Shown: piece after piece, positions 55,679 through 64,000 of the stretch | How positions within the stretch are numbered: the first letter of the stretch is position 1 | Layout of the letters: each line of letters opens with the position of its first letter | IMG/VR virus record: IMGVR_UViG_3300022723_000262 | Location: 1,541-65,540 of that record | Source: a virus | Lineage: Duplodnaviria; Caudoviricetes | DNA: 64,000 nucleotides | Reading direction: 5' to 3' (one strand) | Translations under genes and position numbers: made by a program | The notes under the pieces: generated by a model | The model's input: the letters and a program-made list of their open reading frames with translations, nothing else | Databases searched by the model: none | What the model was told of the DNA's origin: nothing

Positions 55679-58359
55679 GTTCCTCATCGGTCGTCTTCGG
55701 ATCGAGTAAATCGTTCTCCAGTGTCAGCGAATCGTCTCGATCGTCGCCCAGTTCATCGAGCGATTCGTCCGAGAGCAGCTCGGTGCTAGGTTCGAAGAGC
55801 AGCCCAAGCAGCAGTCGACGCAGTTCCGAATCAAGCAGTCCCGTGTCGTCTGGACCGTCGTCCGGCAGCCGATTGCGTTCGAGCGGATCTTCCGATAGCT
55901 CTTCCAAGAGTTCGCCCAGCAGTTCGGATCGCAGCAGTTCGCGCCGGAGTTCATCGGGATCATCAGACAGCAAGTCGTCGGAATCGCGAAGTTCCGCGTC
56001 AACGTCGTCGGTTCATTCTTCGTCCCAGTCCTCTAAATCGAAAGGCAGCGGGTCGTCACCAACATCATTACCATCGTCCGAGAGTCACTCATCGAAGAGT
56101 GAAGGATCGCAGTCTTCCAGCGGTTCCCAATCCAAGTCGTCAAGCGGCAGCCCGTCCGGTTCGTCGCTCAGCGCGTCGAGTGATTCGCAATCTTCACATG
56201 GACCGTCGAGCGACTCGACTGGCTCCTCCAGCCTCCTGAGTCCGTCGTCCCAGCCCAGTGGATCGTCACCGCCCAGTGATACGTCCAGCCTTGCATCGCC
56301 AGCCTCGTCATCTCCCGCTTCGCCTCTTTCTTCAGCGCCGTCGAGCAAAGCATCGAGCGGCAAAAGCCCGGCGTCATCTCCAAGCGTTCAGTCGTCGCTG
56401 CCTTCGGGCGAGTCGTCCGATGCTAGCCTGATTTCATCCGGCTCAAAGAGCGGAGTCAGCAGCGCGAGCGCCGAGAGCGTTAGTACGTCACCCGTTAGCG
56501 GCCAGAGCAGCGGCGATAGCGTGGATAGTGCCTCGCCAACGTCGTCTACCACGAAGAGCAGCGCGCCGTCCGCGGGTTCAAGTCCGGCTGCTAGTTCGGC
56601 ATCGCAGGAGTCGGGCAGCCCGACTTCGAGCGAAGCCGTTCCTTCCAGCGGAAGCCAACAATCACCTTCGGCACAATCAGGAAGCTCTGGCGCTTCGGTG
56701 AGTCCGGCGGCTTCGTCCGAACCGAGCGCGGTCTTGTCGAGCGCGCCGAGCCAATCCACTCCTTCGTCAGCGGCACCCAGCAGCGCGCCCTCAACTGCAT
56801 CGAGTGACACTCCACCCAGTTCTCCGTCGGCTGCATCCGGCAGCGGCGTACCGCAGTCCAGCACGAGTCCGACTTCAGAATCGCCAACGTCAGGTTCGGT
56901 GGCATCCGATTCGCCATTGTCCGGCAGCCCAGGTGACTCGGCGAGTGCCCTCGCAAGCTCTCAGCCTTCCGCACCGCCGAGCAGCGAGGTTCCGTCCCTG
57001 CCGAGCATCTCGCCGACGTCGATACCTGGAAGCAGCCTAGCGTCGCCACCGTCCGGCAGTCCAACGTCCGTCTCAGCAGCGTCGGATTCGCCAACGTCAG
57101 GTTCGCCGACGTCAGGTTCGCCGACGTCAGGCAGTCCAGGTGACTCGACGAGTCCCATCGCGAGTTCGCAGCCTTCCGCGCCGTCGACCAGCGGCACACC
57201 GTCCACGCCGAGCACGTCGCCGACATCGGCACCCGGAAGCAGCCCGACATCACCAACGTCTGGTCAGCCAAGTTCCGGGTCAACTGCGACGCCGTCATCC
57301 ACCACTGGTCCATCAAGCGTGGTTACGCCTTCGTTATCCCCCGTCTCTGTGCCATCGGCTGCTTCCACAAGTCCACCAGGATCGCAGCTGCCATCGTCCA
57401 CAACCTCGGGCGCACCGAGCGGTACGAGCACGACTGAAAGCTCCGTTGACGTTCCGCCGCCGCCCAGCGGATCGCCGCCACCGTTTCCGAGCTTCTCGCC
57501 TGGATCGGTTGGCTCGGCAGGATCTGGTGCCTCGGCTGAATCACCATCCCCGACGAGCCCCGGTCCGTCGCCTGTGCCATCGCCGACATCGCAGCCCAGC
57601 ACGCCAGCTCCATCCAGCGGCGCACCGGTCAGTCCGGGTCCGTCGCCAGGTTCCTTCGTGCCCGGCAGCAGCGGCGACGGATCGTTGACTCCTCCCAGCG
57701 AGACGCAGTCGGAGATTTCGCAGACGCCTCCTCCCGGTCCCAGTGGCAACAGCACGCCGCCACCGCCGACAAGCGGTTCGCCGGCCAGCACGCCGAGCAC
57801 TGTCGGACCGTCGAGCGACGCACCGCAGCCCAGTCCCGTTCCCGGTAGCAGTGAACCAGGACCCGTTTCGGGAACGCCGAGCGAAACGACGTCCACGACT
57901 TCGCAGTCGCCTCCACCGCCGCCGCCCGCTTCGAGCGGAACGCCGCCGCCTCCTCCACCACTGCCAACGAGCGAGTCGCCGCAGCCAAGTGCGCCGAGCA
58001 CGCCTAGCGTTCCTGGACCGGCGTCGAGCGAGGTTCCGCCACCGCCTCCTCCGGGCAGCAGTGACCCCGGACCTGGTTCGCCTGAGCCGCCTCCCACCAG
58101 CGAAACGCAATCGGAAACACCGCCGCCACCGGACCCGAGTGACACAAGCAATCCGCCGCCACCTCCTCCACCACCACCGCCGCCGGCGAGTACGGAGTCG
58201 CCCATCCCGTTATCGGAAGAGCCGTTCTCCGAAACACCGTTGTCCGAAACGCCGCTTTCCGAGGAGCCCTATTCCGAACCGCCGATTTCCGACGAGCCGT
58301 TTTCCGAAGAACCGCCACCGCTGGAGCCACCCATCTCTGACGAGAGCATCGTGCCATGA
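55675..58359 (+). CDS. 894-aa mucin-like Ser/Pro/Thr-rich disordered protein
   Basis: ATGA overlaps at both ends; GGAGG RBS; mixed Ser codons rather than a simple DNA repeat. Confidence 0.75.
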   Translation: MSSSSVVFGSSKSFSSVSESSRSSPSSSSDSSESSSVLGSKSSPSSSRRSSESSSPVSSGPSSGSRLRSSGSSDSSSKSSPSSSDRSSSRRSSSGSSDSKSSESRSSASTSSVHSSSQSSKSKGSGSSPTSLPSSESHSSKSEGSQSSSGSQSKSSSGSPSGSSLSASSDSQSSHGPSSDSTGSSSLLSPSSQPSGSSPPSDTSSLASPASSSPASPLSSAPSSKASSGKSPASSPSVQSSLPSGESSDASLISSGSKSGVSSASAESVSTSPVSGQSSGDSVDSASPTSSTTKSSAPSAGSSPAASSASQESGSPTSSEAVPSSGSQQSPSAQSGSSGASVSPAASSEPSAVLSSAPSQSTPSSAAPSSAPSTASSDTPPSSPSAASGSGVPQSSTSPTSESPTSGSVASDSPLSGSPGDSASALASSQPSAPPSSEVPSLPSISPTSIPGSSLASPPSGSPTSVSAASDSPTSGSPTSGSPTSGSPGDSTSPIASSQPSAPSTSGTPSTPSTSPTSAPGSSPTSPTSGQPSSGSTATPSSTTGPSSVVTPSLSPVSVPSAASTSPPGSQLPSSTTSGAPSGTSTTESSVDVPPPPSGSPPPFPSFSPGSVGSAGSGASAESPSPTSPGPSPVPSPTSQPSTPAPSSGAPVSPGPSPGSFVPGSSGDGSLTPPSETQSEISQTPPPGPSGNSTPPPPTSGSPASTPSTVGPSSDAPQPSPVPGSSEPGPVSGTPSETTSTTSQSPPPPPPASSGTPPPPPPLPTSESPQPSAPSTPSVPGPASSEVPPPPPPGSSDPGPGSPEPPPTSETQSETPPPPDPSDTSNPPPPPPPPPPPASTESPIPLSEEPFSETPLSETPLSEEPYSEPPISDEPFSEEPPPLEPPISDESIVP
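57088..57130 (+). repeat. 15-bp tandem repeat encoding SPTSG x3
   Basis: TCGCC(A/G)ACGTCAGG(T/C) three times. Confidence 0.8.
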
Positions 58360-58664
58360 ACGCAGTCCATGAAAACCTGACAGGCCGAGTCGGAGTCGGC
58401 ACACACCTGCATCGTTTGCTGGCCGCGTGGGGTTTCACGCCGACCGAGGGTTGCTTCTGCGAAGACCGCGTGGCCGAGATGGACCGCCAGGGACCGCGGT
58501 GGTGCAGTGAGAACATCGACTTGATTGTCGGGTGGCTCGTGCAGGAGGCTCTCGACTGCCAGGCGCTCGGCGTGCTCGCTCGTATCGTTCCTGGTCCAAC
58601 TCGCGTTGCCGTGCGCCGGCTCGTTGTGCATGCCATCGCGCTGGCCGAAGGAGGAAGCGAATGA
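58356..58664 (+). CDS. Hypothetical protein with CxC motif
   Basis: GCFCEDRVAEMDRQGPRWC; ATGA coupling on both sides. Confidence 0.75.
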   Translation: MNAVHENLTGRVGVGTHLHRLLAAWGFTPTEGCFCEDRVAEMDRQGPRWCSENIDLIVGWLVQEALDCQALGVLARIVPGPTRVAVRRLVVHAIALAEGGSE

Positions 58665-59602
58665 AAAAGCTGATCCTCCGCGCCAACTTGTGTCCGGGCG
58701 ACATCCTGACGATGACCGCCGCCGTGGAATCGCTGCACCTGACGTATCCGGGCGAGTACCAAACCGACGTTCGCACGCCGGCCCTTGAAATCTGGCAGCA
58801 CAACCCACGGATTTTCAAGGTGGACGATGACGATCCCGAAGCCCAGAAGATGGATCTGCACTATCCGTCGATCAATCGCAGCAACCAGGAACACATTCCG
58901 TTTCTCGGTGGCTACACCGACGACCTGGCTCACAAGATCGAGCGTCCGTTGACGCTCAAGGTTAATCACCCCTGCCTTTACCTGAGCGACGACGAGAAGA
59001 CCTGGATCGATCAGGTGCGCCACCATTTCACCGATGGCCGGAAGATTCCTTTCTGGCTCGTGAACGCCGGCATCAAGAGCGACTACACCGCCAAGGCCTG
59101 GTCCGTTGAGTACTACCAGGAAGTCGTGTCGCGCACGCTCGGCCGCATCCAGTGGGTGCAAGTGGGCGCGAAGGAACACGACCATCCTTCGCTGAACGGT
59201 GCGATAAACATGGTCGGCAAGACTGACCATCGACAGTTGATCCGACTGGCGTGGCACGCCCAGGGCGGACTCGGCCCCGTCACGTACTTGCAGCATTTGT
59301 GCGCGGCGTGGGAGAAGCCATACATCTGCCTGTTAGGCGGCCGCGAGCCGGTCACGTGGACGCAATATCCGCTCCAGCACACGCTGCACACGATCGGCAT
59401 GTTTTCGTGCTGTCGGACGTCGGCGTGCTGGAAGTCTCGCATCGTTCCCGCCGGCGACGCCTCGACGAAAGACCAGAGTCTGTGCCAATGGCCGGTGCTT
59501 GGTCTCGCGCGGCCGGTCGCCCGCTGCATGGCCGCCATTCGTCCCGATGAAGTTATCGCTCTGCTCGAAAGGATTCTCGTATGCCAGCAACACGCACAAT
59601 GA
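58661..59602 (+). CDS. GT9-like (ADP-heptose transferase-like) glycosyltransferase
   Basis: PGDILTMTAAVESL, AKAW, MVGKT..RQLI, LQHLCAAWEKP. Confidence 0.72.
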   Translation: MKKLILRANLCPGDILTMTAAVESLHLTYPGEYQTDVRTPALEIWQHNPRIFKVDDDDPEAQKMDLHYPSINRSNQEHIPFLGGYTDDLAHKIERPLTLKVNHPCLYLSDDEKTWIDQVRHHFTDGRKIPFWLVNAGIKSDYTAKAWSVEYYQEVVSRTLGRIQWVQVGAKEHDHPSLNGAINMVGKTDHRQLIRLAWHAQGGLGPVTYLQHLCAAWEKPYICLLGGREPVTWTQYPLQHTLHTIGMFSCCRTSACWKSRIVPAGDASTKDQSLCQWPVLGLARPVARCMAAIRPDEVIALLERILVCQQHAQ

Positions 59603-60369
59603 CTCCGCTGCCTCCCGGCGGCGTCTGCCACGCCCGATCCGCGCGCCGCGACCGGCTGCAGCGGCTGATGAAGGAATTGAAGGAACCGTTCCGCGTCCAC
59701 CGCAAGCAATGGGAATACGCGCTCGTGGTCGAAGCCCTGGAAGCGGCTGACCTGGTTGGCCCCGGCAAGCGCGGACTTGGTTTCGGCGTCGGCGTCGAGC
59801 CGCTCGTCGCCTACTTCGCCGCGCGCGGCTGCAAGATCGTGGCAACCGACCTCGAGCACGGTTGGTACGAGAACTCGTTCGCCCGACTCAACGAGCGTCG
59901 GATTTGCCCCCCGGATCGCTTCGCCAAGCTGGTGACGATGCGGCACGTCGACATGAACTGGATTCCGCATGATCTTACCGACTTCGACTTCTGCTGGTCG
60001 TGCTGCTCGATGGATCATCTCGGTTCAATACGGCTGGGAAAGCGGTTCGTGTACCACTCGCTGCTCTGCCTTAAGCCTGGCGGCGTCGCGGTCCACTCAG
60101 GCGAATTCAACCTGCAGTCGCATTGGCACACGGTCGACTACGAAGGCACGGTGCTATGGACTCGCTACGACGTCGACGAAACGCTCGCCTACCTGCGCGA
60201 GCGCGGACACGACGCACCGTTCGATTGGACCACCGGTCACGACGCCGAAGACCAGATCGCAAACCAGGGGGACGGCGTCCACGTCCGCCTGATGATCGGA
60301 GAACTGTTAGCCACGTCCTTCGGACTCGTGATACGGAAAGGAGAGATGCCGGATGGAACTGACGAATGA
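59599..60369 (+). CDS. Class I SAM-dependent methyltransferase
   Basis: GLGFGVG, ATDL, FDFCWS..SMDHLG, LKPGG. Confidence 0.82.
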   Translation: MTPLPPGGVCHARSARRDRLQRLMKELKEPFRVHRKQWEYALVVEALEAADLVGPGKRGLGFGVGVEPLVAYFAARGCKIVATDLEHGWYENSFARLNERRICPPDRFAKLVTMRHVDMNWIPHDLTDFDFCWSCCSMDHLGSIRLGKRFVYHSLLCLKPGGVAVHSGEFNLQSHWHTVDYEGTVLWTRYDVDETLAYLRERGHDAPFDWTTGHDAEDQIANQGDGVHVRLMIGELLATSFGLVIRKGEMPDGTDE

Positions 60370-61519
60370 AACCGCTGCTCACCTCGTGAACGAAGCGATC
60401 CCAACGTTGCGCGACGGACCCGAGGAACCCAAAGACGGTCGCGGCATCGTGATGTCGGCCGGTGGTGTGAAGTACCAGATCAACGCCTGGGTGTGCATCC
60501 GCATGTTGCGGCGGCTCGGCTGCGAGCTGCCCATTCAGTGCTGGTTTCTCGGCGACACCGAACGCAACCGGGCGTGGGAGCAGGTGGTCGCGCCATACGG
60601 CGTCGAGTGCGTGGACGCCTACCAAGTCCGCGAGCGGCACCCACACGCGCGGCTGCACGGCTGGGAATCCAAGCCTTACGTCATCCAGCATTCGCCGTTC
60701 GCCGAGGTCCTGTTCTTGGACGCCGACAACGTGCCGGTGCGCGACCCGACGTTCCTGTTCGAGACGCCCGAATACCGCGAAGCGGGCACGATCTTCTGGC
60801 CTGACTTCGGACGGCTGGGACCGGAGCGACTAGCGTGGCGAGTGTTCGGCGAGATTCCGTTTCGCGATGAACCTGAGGTCGAGAGCGGACAGATTGTGGT
60901 CGACAAACGCCGCTGCTGGAAGGCACTGGAGCTTTGTCACTGGTACATGCAAAACTCCAACAACTTCTACTTCTTCCACGTGCATGGCGACAAGGAAGTG
61001 TTCCACCTGGCGTGGCGGAAGCTCGAGCAGCCATACGCCATACCGCAGCGCGGCATCGACGCGTTGCCCGGCGTGATGTGCCAGCACGACTTCGAGGGCA
61101 ACCGCATCTTTCAGCATCGCAACATGCGGAAGTGGACGTTCTATGAGAACCCGCAAACGAACGGGTTTCTGTACGAGAACGAATGCCGGGAGTACATCAA
61201 CGAGTTAAAGCATCTCTGGTCGCCGGCGGCAGACGAGCCAGCCACAGCTGACGATGCGGCCGCACTATCGCGACTCGACGGCAAGATGTTTGAGTATCAC
61301 CGCGTCGGCTACGACCACCGCACGGTCCGCCTGCGGCGCGACGGCATCTTCGGGGAGGGTGCGGCCTCGTGCGAGTACTACTGGACGATCCGCGATGGCG
61401 TGATGATCGTCGCCGGCGAAAACGGCAGCCGCACAATGGAACTGCGGCTCGCCAAACACGGAATCTGGGAAGGACAATGGCTCAACCACGAGAAGATGCC
61501 GGTACTGCTCGTCCCCTGA
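60353..61519 (+). CDS. GT71/Mannosyl_trans3-like alpha-mannosyltransferase with C-terminal accessory domain
   Basis: RGIV, EVLFLDADNVPVRDPTFLF, GTIFWPD, ESGQIVVDK, GDKEVFHLAW. Confidence 0.82.
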   Translation: MELTNETAAHLVNEAIPTLRDGPEEPKDGRGIVMSAGGVKYQINAWVCIRMLRRLGCELPIQCWFLGDTERNRAWEQVVAPYGVECVDAYQVRERHPHARLHGWESKPYVIQHSPFAEVLFLDADNVPVRDPTFLFETPEYREAGTIFWPDFGRLGPERLAWRVFGEIPFRDEPEVESGQIVVDKRRCWKALELCHWYMQNSNNFYFFHVHGDKEVFHLAWRKLEQPYAIPQRGIDALPGVMCQHDFEGNRIFQHRNMRKWTFYENPQTNGFLYENECREYINELKHLWSPAADEPATADDAAALSRLDGKMFEYHRVGYDHRTVRLRRDGIFGEGAASCEYYWTIRDGVMIVAGENGSRTMELRLAKHGIWEGQWLNHEKMPVLLVP

Positions 61520-62235
61520 CGCTGCGAGTGCTGGGCAACATCGATCACTTCCGCGGCTCAACGCTCGCGTCGATGCTGGACAGCATCGGCGGCAGCGTGA
61601 GCGATCGCGGCCGCGTTGCCATCGCGTGGCTCCCGCGCGGTGAATCGCCCCCGGACGAACCTTGCATCAATCGCGCTGCGGACGCGGACAAGCATCGACT
61701 GAGTGACCACTTCTTTCGCGTCTTCCGTTATCCGCTAGGTGTCGATCCGCGGGACTACTCCGGCGAGATTGTGCAGAAGTCGCTGCGAAACGGTGGCCAC
61801 GACGGCCAGGTCGTGCGTAGCCCTATCCCAAACCCCATCTCGGATGCCGTCTACCAGCACCTAATTGCCAACCACACCAGCGGCAATCGAATCATCGACC
61901 TTCGCGTCCCGTTCATCGGCGGCATGTCACCGGTCTGCTGGATCAAGTGCCGACCAACGGAGAAACGATTCGCCGCCCAATCCGAGTGGGCACGGCTTGC
62001 GACGCCGGCCGAACTGTTCAGCCACGCCGAGCAACAGTTGCTCACGCGATTCTGTGAGGGGGTTCATCTCGACTACGGCGAGCTGGACGTGCTCCGTGAC
62101 GTGCAGAGCGACTCGATTTACGTCGTCGACGTCAACCCGACGCCGTACCCGCTGACCATAGGCATCGAACCCAGCGAATGGACGCGGGCCGTCCGGGCGA
62201 TGGCTGAGCGGTTTAAGGAGGTTTTCCTGTCGTGA
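61477..62235 (+). CDS. ATP-grasp-like protein (start uncertain)
   Basis: VYQHLI, DLRV, LDYGELDVLRD...IYVVDVNPTP. Confidence 0.65.
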   Translation: MAQPREDAGTARPLTLRVLGNIDHFRGSTLASMLDSIGGSVSDRGRVAIAWLPRGESPPDEPCINRAADADKHRLSDHFFRVFRYPLGVDPRDYSGEIVQKSLRNGGHDGQVVRSPIPNPISDAVYQHLIANHTSGNRIIDLRVPFIGGMSPVCWIKCRPTEKRFAAQSEWARLATPAELFSHAEQQLLTRFCEGVHLDYGELDVLRDVQSDSIYVVDVNPTPYPLTIGIEPSEWTRAVRAMAERFKEVFLS

Positions 62236-63644
62236 GCATGCTCGCTGTGACCATCGGAGTCGGCCGCTGTGCCTCGCTGGCCATCGAGGCCGCCAATCGC
62301 TGCCGCAATCTCACTGGCTTGGACGTCGTGATCGTGAACGAGGCCCACCAACGCCGTTACCGCGTGGCCGAACCGCACCACCTGAAGTTCCACCTGTTCG
62401 ACATCCTGCCCGACGTAGATCGACTGTTGTATTTCGACGCCGACCTGTGGTTTGTCGCCGAGTGGAATCCGACAGAGTTCCAAAGCCTCTCCGCTGTCCG
62501 CGACAACGAACTCTACGAAGGGATGCGCCGTGAGTGCGATCGATTCGGCTTGGCCCCCGACCAGTACTTCAACTCGGGCCTCTTGGTCATCGACCGCCAG
62601 CACGCCGGCCTGCTTCGAACCGCCGAGCGACTGCTACACGAACACGGTCCATCGTCGATCTGGCGCGACCAGACGTGGCTGAACTTGGCGGCGAAGGAAA
62701 GCGGCACGCCGGTTCACCTGATCCACCGTGCCTACAACACGTTTCCCATTCCGCACGACGGTGAGGCGCCGGTCATCGGTGCGCATGGTGCGGGAACCGA
62801 CGCAACCTTCGACGGGATGATGCGAGCGGTGCCTCAACTTCGCCGGCGCGGCTTGCCGACAGCACACCAGGATGCCGACCAGTTATACCAATACACTGTT
62901 CACGGCGTTGGCTCCCATCGTCTCTTGCTGCGGGCAGATGGAACCATCGGCCTCGGTGCCGCTCAACTCGAACGCTACTGGTACGTCGCCGGCGACCGTC
63001 TTGTGCTTTGCTCGTGGACCGAAGACGCGGTCCACCTCCGTGAGCAGCGGCCAGGTGTCTGGCGTGGGCGCTGGATCGGCTTCGGAAAGCACGAGGTAAC
63101 TCTGGAACTCCATCGAGCTCAGTCGATCGTCGATGCACTGCGGTCACGAGGCGGCGAGCAACTCGTCGGAGCCGAAGTCGGCGTCTGGCATGGCGAGACA
63201 TCCGAATACCTGCTCCGATCGCTTCCACACTTGCACCTCCACATGGTCGACCGCTGGCACGCGTACCCGCCAAGTGCAACACCGAGCTCACTGAAGCAAG
63301 CCAGCCAGACGGCCTTCGACACCGCACGCCAGCGAGCAATTCAGGCCACCGAGTTTGCGGCCGGCAGACGAACAATCCACCACAAGGCCTCGGTGCAGGC
63401 TGCCGTGTCGTTTGAAAACGGTTCCCTGGACTTCGTCGTGATCGACGCCGAGCACGGCTACGAGTCGGTCGTCGCCGACATCACGGCCTGGCTGCCGAAA
63501 CTGAAGCCGAACGGAATCCTGTTCGGTCACGATTACGGGCATCCTCGGTTCCCAGGTGTGAAACGAGCGTTCGACGAGCTGTTACCCGGCCCACTGACAC
63601 TGGCTCCGGACTATCTGGTGTTTCAACGCAAGGAGGCCGCATGA
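62232..63644 (+). CDS. GT8-like glycosyltransferase fused to Methyltransf_24-like domain
   Basis: [21 protein letters not shown]; then [32 protein letters not shown]. Confidence 0.82.
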   Translation: MSMLAVTIGVGRCASLAIEAANRCRNLTGLDVVIVNEAHQRRYRVAEPHHLKFHLFDILPDVDRLLYFDADLWFVAEWNPTEFQSLSAVRDNELYEGMRRECDRFGLAPDQYFNSGLLVIDRQHAGLLRTAERLLHEHGPSSIWRDQTWLNLAAKESGTPVHLIHRAYNTFPIPHDGEAPVIGAHGAGTDATFDGMMRAVPQLRRRGLPTAHQDADQLYQYTVHGVGSHRLLLRADGTIGLGAAQLERYWYVAGDRLVLCSWTEDAVHLREQRPGVWRGRWIGFGKHEVTLELHRAQSIVDALRSRGGEQLVGAEVGVWHGETSEYLLRSLPHLHLHMVDRWHAYPPSATPSSLKQASQTAFDTARQRAIQATEFAAGRRTIHHKASVQAAVSFENGSLDFVVIDAEHGYESVVADITAWLPKLKPNGILFGHDYGHPRFPGVKRAFDELLPGPLTLAPDYLVFQRKEAA

Positions 63645-63873
63645 CCACCGTATTCACCAACGGCGTGTTCGACCTACTGCACGTCGGCCACGTTCGCCTG
63701 TTGCAATTCGCTCGCGCCCAAGGCGACCACCTCATCGTCGCCATCAACTCGGACGCCAGCGCCTCCCGCGTCAAAGTTCCTGACCGGCCCGTCGTCCCCG
63801 CCCACGAGCGCGCCGAAGTGCTGCGGGCTCTGCGATGCGTCGACGATGTGCAGATCTTCGACGAAGACACTCC
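63641..63873 (+). pseudogene. RfaE/HldE-type nucleotidyltransferase, interrupted
   Basis: [17 protein letters not shown]...INSD...ERAEVL..LRCVDDV.IFDEDTP, then homology stops; the VKGGDY-type C-terminus is missing. Confidence 0.82.
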
Positions 63874-64000
63874 TGTAGGGCGTCAATTAGTTTGCCCGTG
63901 GGAGCGTCAATTAAAACGACCGTTCGCTAGCAGCGACAGCATGTGTGCCGGTGGCGTGGGAGCGACAATTAGAACGACCGAGGTCATCGCCCCCCAACGA
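63874..64000. mobile_element. IS21-family-like insertion sequence end
   Basis: Begins TGT; three related ~18-bp repeats GCG(T/A)CAATTA...CC at 63880, 63904 and 63962. Confidence 0.62.

Larger units (their letters stand above)
16176..64000. mobile_element. Integrated siphovirus-like prophage (att sites not identified; left boundary may include the defence island; right end truncated)
   Basis: Serine recombinase, replication, terminase, portal, capsid, tail tube and tape measure genes in canonical order. Confidence 0.9.

Noticed and set aside
57264-58205. Gly-rich minus-strand ORF
   Set aside because: Mirror of the poly-Pro plus-strand gene, which has ATGA coupling on both sides
63880-63979. 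Short repeats as a CRISPR array
   Set aside because: Irregular spacing, only three degenerate copies, and a TG terminus fit an IS end better

Overview
High-GC bacterial DNA (Planctomycetota-like by gene content; inference) with two parts. (1) 1-16 kb is a co-oriented minus-strand defence-type island: DUF5131/TcmP pair, DUF1998 helicase, degenerate helicase-like protein, RecD-like helicase-nuclease, type I HsdR, HsdM fused to a single TRD, XRE HTH and ImmA/IrrE peptidase. (2) ~16.2 kb to the window end is a largely complete siphovirus-like prophage: serine recombinase/DUF2924 module, phage sigma factor, recombination/replication operon, an inverted block of eight small genes, terminase, portal, protease-capsid, tail genes, an 894-aa Ser/Pro mucin-like protein and a glycosyltransferase/methyltransferase cluster whose last gene is cut by an IS21-like end. 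The most striking observation: all eight inverted genes (31.8-36.2 kb) share one codon register and are nested inside a single 1538-codon plus-strand ORF. That ORF starts with GGAGG+GTG overlapping the upstream stop and ends overlapping the start of the packaging operon, so it is a candidate 'translational bridge' or fully bidirectional coding block. A three-copy bipartite promoter motif (GCGCGCAGT-N10-AACGGCATACATAAC) precedes the integrase, replication and head operons but not the terminase, which fits that model. All product calls come from motif recognition by eye, not database searches.
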